In this document: piece after piece, positions 62,847-64,000 of the stretch
Layout of the letters: each line of letters starts with the position of its first letter
How positions within the stretch are numbered: position 1 is the first letter of the stretch
From: Sphyrna mokarran
Taxonomy: Eukaryota
Reading direction: 5' to 3'
NCBI GenBank assembly: GCA_024679065.1
Contig: JAGIQG010000019.1
Span: forward strand, 16,616,001 to 16,680,000
DNA length: 64,000 bases
Program-made: the position numbers and the translations under genes
The notes under the pieces: generated by a model
Seen by the model: only the letters and a program-made list of their open reading frames with translations
The model's database searches: none
Told to the model about the DNA's origin: nothing

Positions 62847-63974
62847 GTGATTGAGATTTTCCTTCAATATTGGAATCTCCCTCTGAGACACTCCCGTGGT
62901 TTCGATGACGACTTCCTTCCATTAGGGATCATGGGATGGCAGAAGAGTCCAATGGACAATCTGCACATTCTGCCGCATGCCGGACAGACTTTGCTTCGAG
63001 AATAATTTAGATAACGTGCTTGGGGATTTGTCTGCTCGTTCTGATATCTCAAATTTATCTGTGAGACAGTGTTTCTCGGTGTGTTTCCACTTTGGTTATT
63101 CAGAGGCCGAGCACTCCCATGAATTGATGGGAATGTTTGGTATCATCAGGAATCCTTCAAGACAGCCCTGAAATGTTTCTTCTGTCCCACGGGTATTTCC
63201 TTCTCCCACTGCATTCTGGGCAATGCTGTTGCTTTGAGAATCTGGTTTCAGGAAATCAAATGTCATCTGCCCAGCCGAAGTGGTTACGTATAATTGTTGA
63301 CTCACTGCTGAATATGTTGTCTTGGGAGAGGATGCTGGCTGTTGGAAAGCATTTCTTGCAATAGATTAGGAGGACCTTGCAAAGACATGTGTGTTACAAT
63401 TCTTTGAGGTGTATGAAGTCCAATTTGACAAAGAAGAAAAGAGTGTGGTGCTGTGTGCTGTGCGATAAAGCAAAATCTTAGCGTCTTGTTGTAGAACAGG
63501 TCCGCAATCATCTTTTCAAATCCTCTTCCAAGCACATCTTAATCAACAGTGGCTCAGACAATTCCAGTCCGTCAATTAAGCCCTTTAGTTTGATCCAATT
63601 CCTTTGGGATGGAGTTATTTGTAAAGTTTAGTAGTCTCAATCTGCAATCAGTGACATTTCCTCATTCACAAAAACGGTGTTGTGACAAGCTCTCCCTTGG
63701 GAGGTTTCTCTATTGGAAAATCAGATTTTTAATGTTTCAACAGTTTCATCTGTAAGTTTGATCCTTTCATCCCATTTTGTGTCCTTTTGTGGCTGCTGAT
63801 TCTATTAAAATTTTCGGAAAAATTTTCACTCCTGTTTGTAAATGTACACTTCGTTCTTCATGCTGGTGGTCTCAGCCTGCAGACATTTGAATTCCAAAAT
63901 AATTTTTTCCAGCTGTTGTCAATGTTGCTGTCGTGATAGAGTGCTGATTTTGAAAGGTCTTTCTTTGTCTGCAG

Positions 63975-64000
63975 TACCAACGACAACAACAACAACACAG
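63975..64000 (+). CDS. muc19: Microexon A10 (cut by window end)
   Basis: tgcAG taccaacgacaacaacaacaacacag. Confidence 0.8.

Larger units (their letters stand above)
2801..64000 (+). other. muc19: Multi-exon gel-forming mucin gene (partial; MUC19-like): D2 end, D', D3, then microexon-encoded PTS domain
   Basis: 12 GT-AG exons join in frame into TIL/VWD/C8/TIL domains, followed by Thr/Pro-rich microexons. [16 protein letters not shown] and [22 protein letters not shown] resemble MUC19/PSM as recalled; orthology not tested. Confidence 0.8.
31890..64000 (+). repeat. Tandem array of exon-containing 2.8-4.6 kb units (9 complete plus a partial 10th), each with microexons A, B, C, D
   Basis: A exons start at 32353, 36255, 40892, 44802, 47754, 51636, 54443, 57268, 61156 and 63975; the introns are clearly paralogous. 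Confidence 0.97.

Noticed and set aside
32353-64000. CRISPR-like or multi-gene interpretation of the array
   Set aside because: Eukaryotic context; the spacers are paralogous introns, and units have no promoter, start or stop of their own.

Overview
Eukaryotic genomic DNA, very likely shark/ray, judged from the HE1-like SINEs, HER1/CR1 LINEs and Penelope-type tails. The whole window lies inside one + strand gel-forming mucin gene, most similar from memory to the MUC19/PSM/spiggin group; neither its start nor its stop is in the window. Twelve spliced exons (2801-14042) encode the end of D2, D' and D3 (TIL, VWD with CGLCG, C8, TIL, E). From 21386 onward the Pro/Thr/Ser domain is encoded not by one large exon but by over 40 symmetric phase-1 microexons of 45-63 nt. 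From about 31.9 kb to the window end these sit in a tandem array of 2.8-4.6 kb units, each carrying four microexons A-B-C-D (76 aa). Some copies have lost their donor (GT>AT) and some are 44-nt frame-shifting variants. The introns hold a degenerate Gmr1-type (IN before RT) Gypsy element, CR1, RTE and Rex1 LINE fragments, SINEs, short TIR elements, a 300-bp inverted duplication and two sense-strand minimal hammerhead ribozyme motifs. Exon boundaries were read by eye from AG/GT sites and frame continuity; no alignment or database search was run.
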